From an uncultured Clostridia bacterium (lineage in GTDB: Bacteria; Bacillota; Clostridia; Christensenellales; UBA1242), in assembly GCA_947588355.1 (NCBI GenBank), contig CANPYI010000007.1, positions 601-64,600 on the forward strand: a stretch of 64,000 bases of DNA, in the 5' to 3' direction. How positions within the stretch are numbered: position 1 is the stretch's first letter; every line of letters starts with the position of its first letter. This document shows, one piece after another, positions 1 through 10,027 of this stretch. Position numbers and translations under genes: made by a program. A model generated the notes under the pieces. It was not told where the DNA came from, did not search any database, and worked only from the letters and a program-made list of their open reading frames with translations.

Positions 1-56
1 AAGACGAAACAAAAAAAATGGAAAAAATATTGAATATCATCAGTGACAAAGCATAA
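1..56 (+). CDS. 3' end of an unidentified CDS truncated by the window edge (...DETKKMEKILNIISDKA-stop)
   Basis: Open frame from window start to TAA at 54-56, followed directly by a hairpin terminator; too short to assign. Confidence 0.25.
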   Translation, partial: DETKKMEKILNIISDKA

Positions 57-85
57 AAAAAATCACCAGAAAGGTGATTTTTTAT
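55..85. terminator. Bidirectional rho-independent terminator
   Basis: AATCACC-agaaa-GGTGATT hairpin flanked by an A-run and a T-run, between convergent gene ends. Confidence 0.7.
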
Positions 86-753
86 TGATCATAGTTTTTC
101 AGTTTAAGCACAGCATCTTTTTTGTTTTTGCTTGAATAAACAAAATTTCCACTCACAATTATGTCTGCACCATTTTCGACAATTTGACGAACATTCTGTT
201 CGTTGACACCTCCATCAAATTCTATCTTGAAGGCAAGATTGTTGCTTCGTCGAAATTCGTCAATTTCTTTCACCCTGTCAATCATTTCAGGCAAAGTTGT
301 TTGCCCACTTGCACCAGGCTCAACACCCATCACAAGCACCACGTCACAGCCAAACACAAACGACTTTATCTCCTTGAACGGTGTGGCTGGCTTCAAAGAA
401 ATCCCCGCCAAAGTGTGACTATCTTTGATAAATTTGAGTGCAGCAACAAGATCCTCTTTGTTTTCAAATGCTTCATAGTGCACAGTGACAATGTTTGCAC
501 CCGCCTGAATATATTTTGAAATGTCTTCACTTGGCTCATTTTGCATAAGATGGACATCAAGCATGATTACACTGCTTCTGTTTATGCTTCCGACCAAAGA
601 GTAGTCAAACGTGTTTTTCTTGACAAAATTTTCATTCATAATATCGCAATGCAAAAACTCTGCCACCCCTTGCATTGAGCGAGCATATTCCACAATGTTT
701 TGATAATCTTCAATCGGCTCGGTTGAAACAGATATGTCCACATTTTTTTTCAT
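82..753 (-). CDS. rpe: Ribulose-phosphate 3-epimerase
   Basis: 223 aa; TIM-barrel Rpe-like sequence (LHCDIMN, LDVHLM, VMGVEPGASGQ, EFDGGVN); sits beside rsgA as in many Firmicutes. Confidence 0.85.
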   Translation of the reverse strand: MKKNVDISVSTEPIEDYQNIVEYARSMQGVAEFLHCDIMNENFVKKNTFDYSLVGSINRSSVIMLDVHLMQNEPSEDISKYIQAGANIVTVHYEAFENKEDLVAALKFIKDSHTLAGISLKPATPFKEIKSFVFGCDVVLVMGVEPGASGQTTLPEMIDRVKEIDEFRRSNNLAFKIEFDGGVNEQNVRQIVENGADIIVSGNFVYSSKNKKDAVLKLKNYDQ

Positions 754-811
754 AGTTCTGTCCTTTCAAACAAAAAGATTTTAGCAAAAAAATCCAAATT
801 TTCAAAATAAA

Positions 812-1657
812 TCAGTACTTTTTTATATTTTTTAAAATTTCATAAAGTTTCAAGTAGTTTGAATATCTTTCTTTTGATATCTTTCCGTCTTCAACTGCTT
901 TCGCAACACCGCAATCTTTATCTTTGATATGTTGGCAAGAAGAATATTTGCAATCGCTTGAAAATGGAAGAAACTCTTGAAAATAATTTTTTGCTTGACG
1001 GCAATCAAGATTAAGCAAATGCTCGTCAAGTTTGGAAAAACCCGCCGTGTCTGCCAAAAAATTACCGCGATTTATGTTGTAAAGTTGCACCGTGCGTGTG
1101 GTCTGTTTTCCTCGCTCAATTTTTTTGCTGAAAGTGTCAATTTTTGCGACATTTTTTCCCAAAATTGCATTTATGATAGAAGATTTCCCAACGGCACTTT
1201 GTCCAGCAAGAGCACAAACGCCTTTTATTTGTGGAACAATCTTCAAAACACTGTCGTCAATTGTGGAGAAAATAATTGTTTTTGCCAGATTTTTGTAAAT
1301 TTTTTCAATTTCCTTGCAATATTTTTCATCTAAGTCTCGTTTGTTGACACACAAAATTGGCTCAATATTGTTCAATTTGCAAAAAATAAGCAATTTGTCA
1401 AGTGTATATAGGTCGGCCTTTGGCACGGGAGCGACAACAATAAACATTCTGTCAACGTTTGCAAGTGGCGGTCTTACAAGCAGATTTTTGCGATGTTGAA
1501 TTTGACTGATCATATTTTCATCGTCCAAAACAACATGGTCACCAACAAAAACGCCATCTTTTTTGAGATTTTTACGTGCTTTTGTGACAACATTTTGCCC
1601 GTTTTCAAGACAGACAACAAATTCGTCCGCTTGTTTTTTCAAAACGAGGCCGTTCAT
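812..1657 (-). CDS. rsgA: Ribosome small-subunit-dependent GTPase A
   Basis: GQSAVGKSS P-loop and C-terminal Cys cluster CKYSSCQHIKDKDCGV; start set at MNGLVLKK behind GGAGGTG, overlapping the rlmN stop. Confidence 0.9.
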   Translation of the reverse strand: MNGLVLKKQADEFVVCLENGQNVVTKARKNLKKDGVFVGDHVVLDDENMISQIQHRKNLLVRPPLANVDRMFIVVAPVPKADLYTLDKLLIFCKLNNIEPILCVNKRDLDEKYCKEIEKIYKNLAKTIIFSTIDDSVLKIVPQIKGVCALAGQSAVGKSSIINAILGKNVAKIDTFSKKIERGKQTTRTVQLYNINRGNFLADTAGFSKLDEHLLNLDCRQAKNYFQEFLPFSSDCKYSSCQHIKDKDCGVAKAVEDGKISKERYSNYLKLYEILKNIKKY

Positions 1658-2679
1658 TTTGCACCTCCCAAGCGATTGCGAAGTTGTCCACATGCACCGT
1701 CAATGTCTTCGCCCAAACTTCGGCGAACGGTGGCACTTACGCCCAATTTTTGAAGTTTTTCTGCAATAGCATATGCTCTTTTGCGCGTAACTCCCAAAAG
1801 TTTTTTCTCCTTAACGGAATTAAGGGGTATCAAGTTGACATGGCACGTTCGCCCTTGAAGGATTTTTGATAACTTTAAAATACAATCATCTGTGTCATTC
1901 ACGCCTTCAATCAGGGAATATTCAAAGCAAATTCTTCGACCCGTCTTGTTGAAATAATAATCGCATGCTTGCAAAATTTCCTCAATTTTGTAAGCGTTGG
2001 CAATTGGCATTATTGTTTTTCGCAAATCATCATCAGGTGCGTGCAAAGAGATTGTCAACGTGACAGAAAATCCATCGTCAGCAAGTTTGTATATGTTTGG
2101 AACAAGTCCGCAAGTAGAAAGTGAAATGTTGCGTTGACTGACATTCAAACCATCTTCGGCACAAACAAGCCTCAAAAACTTTGTCACATTGTCATAATTG
2201 TCCAAAGGCTCGCCGCATCCCATAAGTACAATATTGGTGATTTTACGTTCCTTAAGTGTCCCACCAAGATAAGCGTTGAAAAAGAGTACTTGAAGCAAAA
2301 TCTCTCCAGAGGTCAAATTGCGCTGCAGACCATTTAATGTGGAGGCACAAAATTTGCACCCCATTCTGCAACCGACTTGCGTTGAAACGCAAACTGTATG
2401 GCCATATTTGTAAGAAAGCAGCACGCTTTCCACAACACTGCCGTCGGAAAGTTTGATTGCCACTTTTTCTGTGCCGTCTTTGGACTTTAAGTGAGCCAAA
2501 ACTTCATACGAAAAATAGTCTTTTTGCACTTTTTCCTTAAATGATTTTGAAAGTGTGGAAATATCTTGCAAATTTTTCAGCATATAGGCGCCCTCAAAAA
2601 GTTGTTTTGCACGGAATTTTTGCTCGCCCAAACCACAAACATATTCTTCCATTTCTTTCAAACTTAAATCCAAAATCAT
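1654..2679 (-). CDS. rlmN: 23S rRNA/tRNA (adenine-C2)-methyltransferase, radical SAM
   Basis: GCRMGCKFCAS radical-SAM motif, RlmN-like length; start set at MILDLSLKE behind GGTGGTGGA. Confidence 0.9.
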   Translation of the reverse strand: MILDLSLKEMEEYVCGLGEQKFRAKQLFEGAYMLKNLQDISTLSKSFKEKVQKDYFSYEVLAHLKSKDGTEKVAIKLSDGSVVESVLLSYKYGHTVCVSTQVGCRMGCKFCASTLNGLQRNLTSGEILLQVLFFNAYLGGTLKERKITNIVLMGCGEPLDNYDNVTKFLRLVCAEDGLNVSQRNISLSTCGLVPNIYKLADDGFSVTLTISLHAPDDDLRKTIMPIANAYKIEEILQACDYYFNKTGRRICFEYSLIEGVNDTDDCILKLSKILQGRTCHVNLIPLNSVKEKKLLGVTRKRAYAIAEKLQKLGVSATVRRSLGEDIDGACGQLRNRLGGAK

Positions 2680-3611
2680 ACGTCCACCACCATTTTTGTG
2701 AAATGAAAACCATTCAAAAAAGAAGAAGCGTCCAAAATTTTGCCGCCGGCTGACTGACATTTCAAAATCTCAAAAATGCCATTTTGTGTATTTATCAAAA
2801 ATCGCTTTTTTGTACACAAAATCTCGCCAAAAACAGTGCTTCCTTGCAATTTTTTTGCAAATTCATCTTCTGCAGATTTGGCTTTGAAAACCTTTATACG
2901 CTCGCCGCCAACAAAAAAGTATGCCACCGGCCCGCCAACAAAAGCACGGACCTTGTTCACAAGTTTTTGTGCAGACTGCGAAAAATCCAAAAGTCCATCT
3001 TCTTTGTATATCGGTTTCACAAAGGTTGCTTTCAAACTGTCTTGAGGCGTTCTTTTTGCAGTGCCGTTTTCCAATTTTGCCAAGGTTTCAAGCAAAAGTT
3101 TTGAGCCAACTTCTGCAAGTTTTGGAAGAAGTGTGTTGTAATCATCATCTGGCAAAATTTCCACTTTTTGTTGCGAAAAAATGTCGCCATCATCCATGCC
3201 AACCTCAGTCTTCATAATGGAAACACCTGTGATTGTGTCGCCATTTAATAGCGCACTTTGTATAGGCGTTGCGCCACGATATTTTGGAAGAAGTGACGGG
3301 TGAACATTTATGCAAAGTTTGAGGTCCAAAAGTGCCTTTGGCAAAATTTTTCCATAAGAAGCCGTGACAAAAATGTCACAATCAATTTGTTTAAACTGTT
3401 CAAGGTGCTGTGACAATTTTTCAAACTGAAAAACAGGAATATTGTGAGCCTCCGCCAAAGATTTGATGTGCGGAGAAACAAGTTTGTTCCCTCGCCCTGC
3501 CGGTTTGTCCGTTTGACAAACCACGGCCACAACTTTGTGAGTGGAATTTATCAATTTTTCAAGCACAATTTCGGCAAAAATAGGCGTTCCAAAAAATAAA
3601 ATCTTCATCAA
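2676..3611 (-). CDS. fmt: Methionyl-tRNA formyltransferase
   Basis: 311 aa; N-terminal KILFFGTP, HPSLLPKYRG motif; classic def-fmt adjacency. Confidence 0.92.
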   Translation of the reverse strand: MMKILFFGTPIFAEIVLEKLINSTHKVVAVVCQTDKPAGRGNKLVSPHIKSLAEAHNIPVFQFEKLSQHLEQFKQIDCDIFVTASYGKILPKALLDLKLCINVHPSLLPKYRGATPIQSALLNGDTITGVSIMKTEVGMDDGDIFSQQKVEILPDDDYNTLLPKLAEVGSKLLLETLAKLENGTAKRTPQDSLKATFVKPIYKEDGLLDFSQSAQKLVNKVRAFVGGPVAYFFVGGERIKVFKAKSAEDEFAKKLQGSTVFGEILCTKKRFLINTQNGIFEILKCQSAGGKILDASSFLNGFHFTKMVVDV

Positions 3612-4084
3612 ACAACTCCATGCGACTTTTTGTATTCTTTTCCTTCGTCAGTAAGGTCAACAAACAAAACACCATTAAGGTGGTCAATCTCGTGGCATAT
3701 GCAACGTGCAACATAGTCCTCACCTTCAAATTCAAAAGGCTTGCCATTGCGGTCAAACGCCGAAATTTTGACATAGCGCGGACGTGTGACATCACAATAA
3801 AAACCTGGCACACTCAAGCAACCCTCGCTGTCGGTGACTTTGCCTTTTGTTTTGATAATCTCGGGATTGATAATCTCCAAAAATTCGTCATCTCCCAAAT
3901 CAATGACAATAGCACGGCGCAAAACTCCAACCTGAACAGCAGAAATTCCCATGCCTTTTTTTGACAGCATGGTGGCCTTCATATCGTCCAAAAGTTGCCC
4001 CAAAGACTCATCAAAACTCACAACCGGCTTGGACTTTTTTCTTAATGTTTCATTTCCCAAAACAACAATTCTTCTGGTGGTCAT
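3608..4084 (-). CDS. def: Peptide deformylase
   Basis: EGCLSVPG and HEIDHLNG motifs; start set at MTTRRIV behind AAGGAGA. Confidence 0.93.
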   Translation of the reverse strand: MTTRRIVVLGNETLRKKSKPVVSFDESLGQLLDDMKATMLSKKGMGISAVQVGVLRRAIVIDLGDDEFLEIINPEIIKTKGKVTDSEGCLSVPGFYCDVTRPRYVKISAFDRNGKPFEFEGEDYVARCICHEIDHLNGVLFVDLTDEGKEYKKSHGVV

Positions 4085-4098
4085 AAAAATTCTCCTTT

Positions 4099-6270
4099 TC
4101 AACTCAAATTGTTTGGATTTATCTCAAAAAACACCGAACTTTTGCATTTTTGGTCAATGCAATCAAAAACTTGTTTTTCAAGTTGGTCGGCTTTTGAAAG
4201 TGCAAAACGCATCATAATTTGATAGCGAAATTTGTTTTTAATTTTGTTGAGCGGTGCTTTCATAACATCAAGATAAACAAATTCCTCGGGTGAAGCATCT
4301 TTGATTTGCTTGATTTTATTATAGCACGCTTTACACTCATCGGCAACTGTCTTTTCGTTTTCATGAGAGAACAATATTCTGACAATTCTTGCGTAAGGCG
4401 GAAATTTGGTAACCTTTCGCAAATTAGTTTCCTTTTTGAAAAAACCTTTATAGTCATAGTTTGTTGCAAAACGATAAACATAGTGCCTTGGCGAATATGT
4501 TTGCAAAATCACCTTCCCTTGAGTTCCGCTTCTGCCAGCCCGCCCCGCAACCTGCGTGATAAGTTGAAAAGTCCTTTCGATCGAACGAAAATCCGCCTGA
4601 TACAAACTTTGGTCGGCATCAACAATTCCAACAAGCAACACATCTTCAAAATCATGCCCTTTTGCAATCATTTGAGTGCCAACAAGTATTCCGGGCTTGC
4701 AATTTCGGAATTCATTCAAAATTTTTCGGTGACCATTTTTTTGAGAAGTGGTGTCGTTGTCCATTCTCAGCACCGGAACATCTGGAAACATCTTGTGAAG
4801 TTCTTCCACCACTCTTTCGGTGCCAATTGCGCCCTGCTTTATATCTCGGCTTCCGCAACTTGGACAGACATCAAGCGCGTGATAACGTTTCCCGCAATAG
4901 TGACATTTCAAGCGATTTTCAAAGCGGTGATAAACAAGTGAAACATCACAATCGCTGCATTTTGCAACATAGCCACACTGTCTGCACCTTTGAAAAGAGG
5001 AAAAACCACGGCGGTTGATAAAAATCATTGCTTGTTTTTTCTTTTCAACGATATCTTTAAGTTCAAATATCAGCGGAAGAGAAAAAATGTTGTTGTTGCC
5101 GTGCCTTAGTTCCATAAGCATGTCAATAATTTGTATTTTTGGCATGTCCATACCATTCACGCGTTCCGGCATTTCCACAAGAGTAAACTCTCCGTCAATC
5201 GCTTTGGCATAACTTTCAATAGACGGCGTGGCACTTCCAAGCACCAAAGTGCAGTTGTTGTATTTTTGTCTAAACTGCGCAATATCTCGGGTGTCATATC
5301 TTGGATTGCTCTCCGAAACATAACTTTGGTCATGCTCTTCGTCAATGATAATAATTCCAAGATTTTCTATCGGCGAAAATATTGCTGAACGCGCACCAAC
5401 AACAACGCGTGCTTGTCCAAAGAAAATACGCTTCCATTCGTCAAATCTCTCGCCTGCGGAAAGGCCGCTATGAATAAGTGCCACTTGCCCACCAAAGCGT
5501 GCCTTGAAATTTGAAACAACTTGTGGCGTAAGCGAAATTTCTGGCACAAGCATAAGTGCTGTTTTTCCGGCAGCAAGTTGCCTTTCAATCAAGTGCATAT
5601 AAACTTCCGTTTTTCCGCTTCCTGTCACGCCATGCAAAAGATAGGTTTTGTTTTCGCAGATGGTGTCCACTGCCCTCTGTTGCAAGGCAGTAAGTTTGTG
5701 TTGAGCATTTTGAACAACATCGATTTCAGGATTTCTGTTGATTTGCTCATTTTCAACGACAACCGTTCCATTTTTCACCAAAGCACTCAATGGCGCATAG
5801 CCAAACTGTGCCGAAATATCCGAAAATTTCTGACGGCCATTTTTTTGCAAAAACTGAACAATTTCAAGTTGTTTTTTTGCACGATTTGACGGCATCTGAA
5901 AATTTTCTGCCAAAAAAACATATCTGACGACAAGTTCCTTAACTTTGTCCGTGCGCATTTCTGCCGGAAGAAACAGTCGTAAACAACTTGCAAGTTTAAG
6001 ATGCAATTTGTCTGCCATGTAAAACATAAGTTGCAACATCTCGGGCTTGATTACAGCAAAATCCTCTATCTTTTGAGAGATTTCTTTAAGTTTTTTCTCG
6101 TCATATTCGCACTTTTCGGAAAGTCCAACCACAAAGCCTTGCAAAAGTCTGACGCCAAAAGGAACAAGCACGCGTTCGCCAACGCTTACTTGCAAATCAT
6201 GTGGCACAATGTATTCAAATTCTCGGTCAAGCGCCTTTGCGTCTTGGTCGATTATCACTTTTGCAAACAC
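4099..6270 (-). CDS. priA: Primosomal replication restart helicase PriA
   Basis: 723 aa; GVTGSGKTEV Walker A, DEEHD box, Cys-rich zinc-binding insert (CRQCGY..CSDC..CHYCG..CPSCG). Confidence 0.93.
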   Translation of the reverse strand: MFAKVIIDQDAKALDREFEYIVPHDLQVSVGERVLVPFGVRLLQGFVVGLSEKCEYDEKKLKEISQKIEDFAVIKPEMLQLMFYMADKLHLKLASCLRLFLPAEMRTDKVKELVVRYVFLAENFQMPSNRAKKQLEIVQFLQKNGRQKFSDISAQFGYAPLSALVKNGTVVVENEQINRNPEIDVVQNAQHKLTALQQRAVDTICENKTYLLHGVTGSGKTEVYMHLIERQLAAGKTALMLVPEISLTPQVVSNFKARFGGQVALIHSGLSAGERFDEWKRIFFGQARVVVGARSAIFSPIENLGIIIIDEEHDQSYVSESNPRYDTRDIAQFRQKYNNCTLVLGSATPSIESYAKAIDGEFTLVEMPERVNGMDMPKIQIIDMLMELRHGNNNIFSLPLIFELKDIVEKKKQAMIFINRRGFSSFQRCRQCGYVAKCSDCDVSLVYHRFENRLKCHYCGKRYHALDVCPSCGSRDIKQGAIGTERVVEELHKMFPDVPVLRMDNDTTSQKNGHRKILNEFRNCKPGILVGTQMIAKGHDFEDVLLVGIVDADQSLYQADFRSIERTFQLITQVAGRAGRSGTQGKVILQTYSPRHYVYRFATNYDYKGFFKKETNLRKVTKFPPYARIVRILFSHENEKTVADECKACYNKIKQIKDASPEEFVYLDVMKAPLNKIKNKFRYQIMMRFALSKADQLEKQVFDCIDQKCKSSVFFEINPNNLS

Positions 6271-6281
6271 AAAAACTCCTT

Positions 6282-6310
6282 AAAAAAATCACTGAAACTG
6301 CTTTCAGTGA
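6282..6310 (-). terminator. Rho-independent terminator downstream of rpoZ
   Basis: TCACTGAAA-gcag-TTTCAGTGA followed by T7 on the minus strand. Confidence 0.75.
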
Positions 6311-6349
6311 CATTTTAACATAAAACAAACAAAAACTCAAATAAAAACT

Positions 6350-6553
6350 TCAGTCGTCAATTTCGCTTGGAACAATTTTGCCTTCATATATCTCATCAAG
6401 AGCGATACTGATCGCCTTTTTGTCGGCGGTGGCAAGTTCGCTGCGACGAGTTGTTTCAATCTCTTTTGCGCGCTTTGCTGCCAACACAGAAAGAACATAT
6501 TTGTTTCCGCCAGTCTTTTGTGCAAGTTCGTCAATAGGTGGTTCAATCATCAT
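6350..6553 (-). CDS. rpoZ: DNA-directed RNA polymerase subunit omega
   Basis: MMIEPPIDELAQKTGGNKYVLSVLAAKRAKEI is a typical RpoZ N-terminus; start behind AAGGAGA, and the longer ORF-track start is rejected. Confidence 0.85.
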   Translation of the reverse strand: MMIEPPIDELAQKTGGNKYVLSVLAAKRAKEIETTRRSELATADKKAISIALDEIYEGKIVPSEIDD

Positions 6554-6642
6554 AAGCCAAAAATCTCCTTCAAAATAAATCTTTGCCATTTTAACACAAA
6601 AAAAAAGAAAAATCAAGTATTTTTCTTAAAATATAAACAAAA

Positions 6643-6999
6643 TCAACTTACAAAGCCCAAAGAAATCAAAAGGGCACGGTTGACCTCTTTCATTTTGTGA
6701 GCATCAAGGGTGGTCACTTTTTCCTTCAAACGTCTTTTGTCAAGTGTGCGAATTTGTTCCAAAAGAACAACCGAATTTTTTGGAAGTTTGCTGTCGTCGG
6801 CAGGAAGTTCGATATGAGTTGGAAGTTTTGCCTTGCCAAGTTGACTTGTTATGGCAGAAACAATCACTGTTGGAGAAAATTTGTTGCCAACATCGTTTTG
6901 AATGATAAGCACAGGACGCGTTCCACCTTGCTCACTCCCAACAACGGGACTAAGGTCAGCAAAATATATTTCTCCTCGTTTAAAAATATTCTCCATCAA
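6643..6999 (-). CDS. mazF: MazF/PemK (EndoA-type) mRNA interferase toxin
   Basis: 118 aa; [29 protein letters not shown]...[11 protein letters not shown] matches the MazF/EndoA fold signature. Confidence 0.88.
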   Translation of the reverse strand: MMENIFKRGEIYFADLSPVVGSEQGGTRPVLIIQNDVGNKFSPTVIVSAITSQLGKAKLPTHIELPADDSKLPKNSVVLLEQIRTLDKRRLKEKVTTLDAHKMKEVNRALLISLGFVS

Positions 7000-7261
7000 A
7001 CCTACCGTTCTTTAAATCGCACAAATCGGCAAGTTCAAGTTCGTGAAGTTCCTTTTGCAAGGTTCTATCCAAAAGAAAATCAAAATCCTGGACGTCAATT
7101 TGTGAATAAATTTCCGAAAGAGACTTCTGTCTCATTCTCATATTATGCTCGTCTTTTGAAATTGTTGAAAAGGCGGCAAAGTCTTGAAGACTGCCAAAAA
7201 TTCTTTCGATTTTTTCTGCTTTTTCAACAAGTTTTCTGTATGCTTCTTGCATAATTTTCAC
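6980..7261 (-). CDS. Putative cognate antitoxin (no recognisable family)
   Basis: 93 aa ORF overlapping the mazF start by 20 nt; acidic C-terminal half; no obvious ribbon-helix-helix N-terminus; start is GTG 7261 or ATG 7252. Confidence 0.55.
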   Translation of the reverse strand: MKIMQEAYRKLVEKAEKIERIFGSLQDFAAFSTISKDEHNMRMRQKSLSEIYSQIDVQDFDFLLDRTLQKELHELELADLCDLKNGRFDGEYF

Positions 7262-7280
7262 CCGTATTCCAAGATTTTAA

Positions 7281-7297
7281 ACTTATTTTAAATAAGT
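7281..7297. promoter_or_regulatory. Perfect palindrome upstream of the toxin-antitoxin pair (candidate operator)
   Basis: ACTTATTT-T-AAATAAGT, 8-bp arms, about 20 nt upstream of the antitoxin start. Confidence 0.4.
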
Positions 7298-7328
7298 ATA
7301 AAAAATTTATTCATTTGTAAAAAATTTT

Positions 7329-7679
7329 TTAGTCAGCAATGGCAACCGCTCCAACAATGTTTTGCTGATGAGAGATTGAAATTTCAATTTTCTTCAAATT
7401 CAACCTTTTAAACTGCGCTTTTGCCTGCCCGTGCAACAAAACATATGGAGTACCAGATTTTTTGTGACATAGTTCAATTTCCTTGTAAGAAATTTGACCA
7501 CTTTGCAAGTCTAAAGCCTTGAAAACTGCCTCTTTGACCGACCACAAGGACGCCACATGCATAGGAAAGTCTGTTTTGTATTTTTGTATGTAGGCTATCT
7601 CGCTTTCGCATGCAATTTTTTGGAGCAATTTTTCCGCATCTTTAATTTTTGCAACCTCTTGCAAGTCAAATCCAATCAT
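7329..7679 (-). CDS. acpS: Holo-[acyl-carrier-protein] synthase
   Basis: MIGFDLQEV N-terminus and WSVKEAVFKA motif; start behind GGAGGAAACA. Confidence 0.88.
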   Translation of the reverse strand: MIGFDLQEVAKIKDAEKLLQKIACESEIAYIQKYKTDFPMHVASLWSVKEAVFKALDLQSGQISYKEIELCHKKSGTPYVLLHGQAKAQFKRLNLKKIEISISHQQNIVGAVAIAD

Positions 7680-8301
7680 TTGTTTCCTCCTCAGTAAAAG
7701 CAAAAATCTTGTCGGTCACTTTTTTTGCCACAGAATAATCATATCCTTTGTAAATCAAATGAGCAAGGCATTTTTGCTTGTTTTTTGCCGTTTTTTCACG
7801 ATTTTTTGCGAATTTTTCGCCCAAAGTTAAGGCATTTTCAATTTGGCTGTCTTCTTCAACACCTTCCAAAATGTTGTCAACAATCTCTTTGGGCACCCCT
7901 TTTTCCAAAAGTTTCCTGGCAATATTTCTTTTTCCATGACCTGTTGAAAGGCTGTCAAAATAATTTTTTGCAAATTTTTCGTCGTCAATCATGTCATATT
8001 CTTTAAGTTTTTCACAAGTCTTTTTTATCGTTTCAAATGAAAAGCCCTTCTTTTTCAGATAATCCTTCAATCCTTTCTCACTGACGACATATTTTTCAAG
8101 ATAAGTGACTGCCATATCAAAGGAAACTCTTTCATCGTTTTCTGCCTTGATTTTTTTGAAAATTTTTTCGTCAATTTCTTGCCCGGTTTTTAAGGCATAC
8201 TTTGCCAAAATTTCGTCAAGAAAAACACCCGACCACTGTTCGTCAAGATACAAATGAAAACGGTTTGTTGTGCCTATGCGCTTTATTTTTGTGATTGTCA
8301 T
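7666..8301 (-). CDS. recX: Recombination regulator RecX
   Basis: 211 aa with repeated three-helix RecX-type modules (YLKKKGFSFETI, RKLLEKGVPKEIV). Confidence 0.8.
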   Translation of the reverse strand: MTITKIKRIGTTNRFHLYLDEQWSGVFLDEILAKYALKTGQEIDEKIFKKIKAENDERVSFDMAVTYLEKYVVSEKGLKDYLKKKGFSFETIKKTCEKLKEYDMIDDEKFAKNYFDSLSTGHGKRNIARKLLEKGVPKEIVDNILEGVEEDSQIENALTLGEKFAKNREKTAKNKQKCLAHLIYKGYDYSVAKKVTDKIFAFTEEETNDWI

Positions 8302-8654
8302 GACAGCACCTCGCTTGTCACTTTTGTGTATGCTCGCACAAGTCCGCCCGCGCCAAGTTTTATCCCGCCAAAATATCTGACCACAAAAACACAGGCATCT
8401 TTCACCCCTTTCTTTTGCATTACAGAAAGTATTGGCCGACCAGCCGTGCCACCCGGCTCACCATCGTCAACCGCTTTTTCCAAAAACGGAAATTTTAAAG
8501 AATAAGCATAGCAAATATGCGTTGCTTTTTTGTGCAGTTGTTTTAAATAATTCAAGGCATTTTCAATTTCATCGACAGTTTGACAATGCAAAAGAAAACC
8601 CAAAAATTTGGATTTTTTCTCGATAATTTCAACTTCTTTAGCAAACTTTGGCAT
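8298..8654 (-). CDS. IMPACT/YigZ family protein (N-terminal domain only)
   Basis: KSKFLGFL...HICYAY...GEPGGTAGRPIL...VVRYFGGIKLGAGGLVRAY signature; lacks the usual C-terminal domain. Confidence 0.75.
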   Translation of the reverse strand: MPKFAKEVEIIEKKSKFLGFLLHCQTVDEIENALNYLKQLHKKATHICYAYSLKFPFLEKAVDDGEPGGTAGRPILSVMQKKGVKDACVFVVRYFGGIKLGAGGLVRAYTKVTSEVLS

Positions 8655-8656
8655 GT

Positions 8657-9889
8657 TTAAACCACTTTAACTTTTACAAAACTTTTTTTGCCTTTTTTAA
8701 GTAGTGAACCATCAACTTGCTCGGCAGTCAAATTTAAATTAAAATCGGCAACTTTTTCATTTTTGAAAGTTATTGCTCCGCCTTGAATCAGTCTTCGAGC
8801 CTCACTTTTTGATGGTGCAAGATTTGTCTTGAAAAGCAGGTCACAAATGCTCATAGGAAATTCCGATTTTTCTATTTCAACTTCCGGTGCATCATCGCCG
8901 CCCTGCGAAAACAAGTTTTCGCTCATTTTTTGTGCCAAAAGGGCATCTTGCTCGCCTCGAACAAATTTTGTCACTTCAAAAGACAATGTTTTCTTTGCAG
9001 AAACTATATCCGCTTTTATCATTGTGCGAACTTCTTCCATAGGAATATCTGTGAAAAGTGCAAACATCATTTCAATGCATGCATCTGGTGTTTGGTAAAC
9101 GCCTTGATAAAAATCATAAGCGGAAATTTTTTCACGATTTATCCAGATAGCACCCTTTTCGGTCTTGCCCATCTTTTTGCCTTCTGGAGTCATCAAAAGC
9201 GGATTTGTTGCACCTATCAAATTTATGTCAGTGCCGTTGGCAAAATTAAGTTTACGTTGCAATTCACACCCAGCAGTGATATTTCCCCACTGATCTTGAC
9301 CACCAAATTCCAACACACAGTTGTATTTTCGATTTAAGTGCACAAAATCATACGCCTGCATAAGCATATAGCCCATCTCAAAGAAAGTCAACCCACCTTC
9401 CTCCAAACGATTGGCATAAATCTCGTTGGTCAGCATTTTGTTGACGTTGAAATGCACACCAACATCTCGCATGAAAGAAACATAATCATAACTATCAAAC
9501 CATTCCGCATTGTTGACGATGATTGCAGGATTTTCGCCGTCAAATTTCAAGAAAACTGAAAGTGTTTTTTTGATGCTTTCTATGTTTTTGTCAATCTCTT
9601 CCTTTGACAGCATCTTTCTGATTTGGTTTCTGCCGGAAGGGTCACCAATTCCTGCCGTTGCACCACCCATCAAAAGCAAAACCCTGTGCCCTGCTTGTTG
9701 AAAACGACGCAAGATGCAGTAAGGCACACAGTGACCAATATGCAAACTGTCAACTGTAGGGTCTGTTCCTTCGTACAAAGTGATTGGCTTGCCACTTTCA
9801 AGCAATTTTTTAAATGCAGGCTCATCGGTGCATTGATACAAAAGCCCTCTTTGCTTCAAAACGTTATACAAATTTGTGTCAACTTTCAT
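8657..9889 (-). CDS. tyrS: Tyrosine--tRNA ligase
   Basis: 410 aa; HIGH motif (HIGHCVP), KMGKT motif, C-terminal S4-like domain (SEARRLIQGGAI). Confidence 0.93.
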   Translation of the reverse strand: MKVDTNLYNVLKQRGLLYQCTDEPAFKKLLESGKPITLYEGTDPTVDSLHIGHCVPYCILRRFQQAGHRVLLLMGGATAGIGDPSGRNQIRKMLSKEEIDKNIESIKKTLSVFLKFDGENPAIIVNNAEWFDSYDYVSFMRDVGVHFNVNKMLTNEIYANRLEEGGLTFFEMGYMLMQAYDFVHLNRKYNCVLEFGGQDQWGNITAGCELQRKLNFANGTDINLIGATNPLLMTPEGKKMGKTEKGAIWINREKISAYDFYQGVYQTPDACIEMMFALFTDIPMEEVRTMIKADIVSAKKTLSFEVTKFVRGEQDALLAQKMSENLFSQGGDDAPEVEIEKSEFPMSICDLLFKTNLAPSKSEARRLIQGGAITFKNEKVADFNLNLTAEQVDGSLLKKGKKSFVKVKVV

Positions 9890-10027
9890 AAAAAACTCCT
9901 ATTTGAGAAATTGTAACTCACAACCTCTTTTCAAGTCAAGAAAAATTGGCAAAGGTGTTTTTTTGTTTTGAAAATCCCTCAAATATTGATATAATATCCC
10001 AGTAAAAAAACAAAAAAGGAGAAAAAA

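Noticed and set aside
9890-10027. Possible T-box riboswitch upstream of tyrS.
   Set aside because: The intergenic region is only 138 nt and is shared with the divergent promoter. A TTGACT-17-TACAAT promoter sits about 25 nt from the tyrS start, leaving no room for a specifier hairpin, T-box or terminator.
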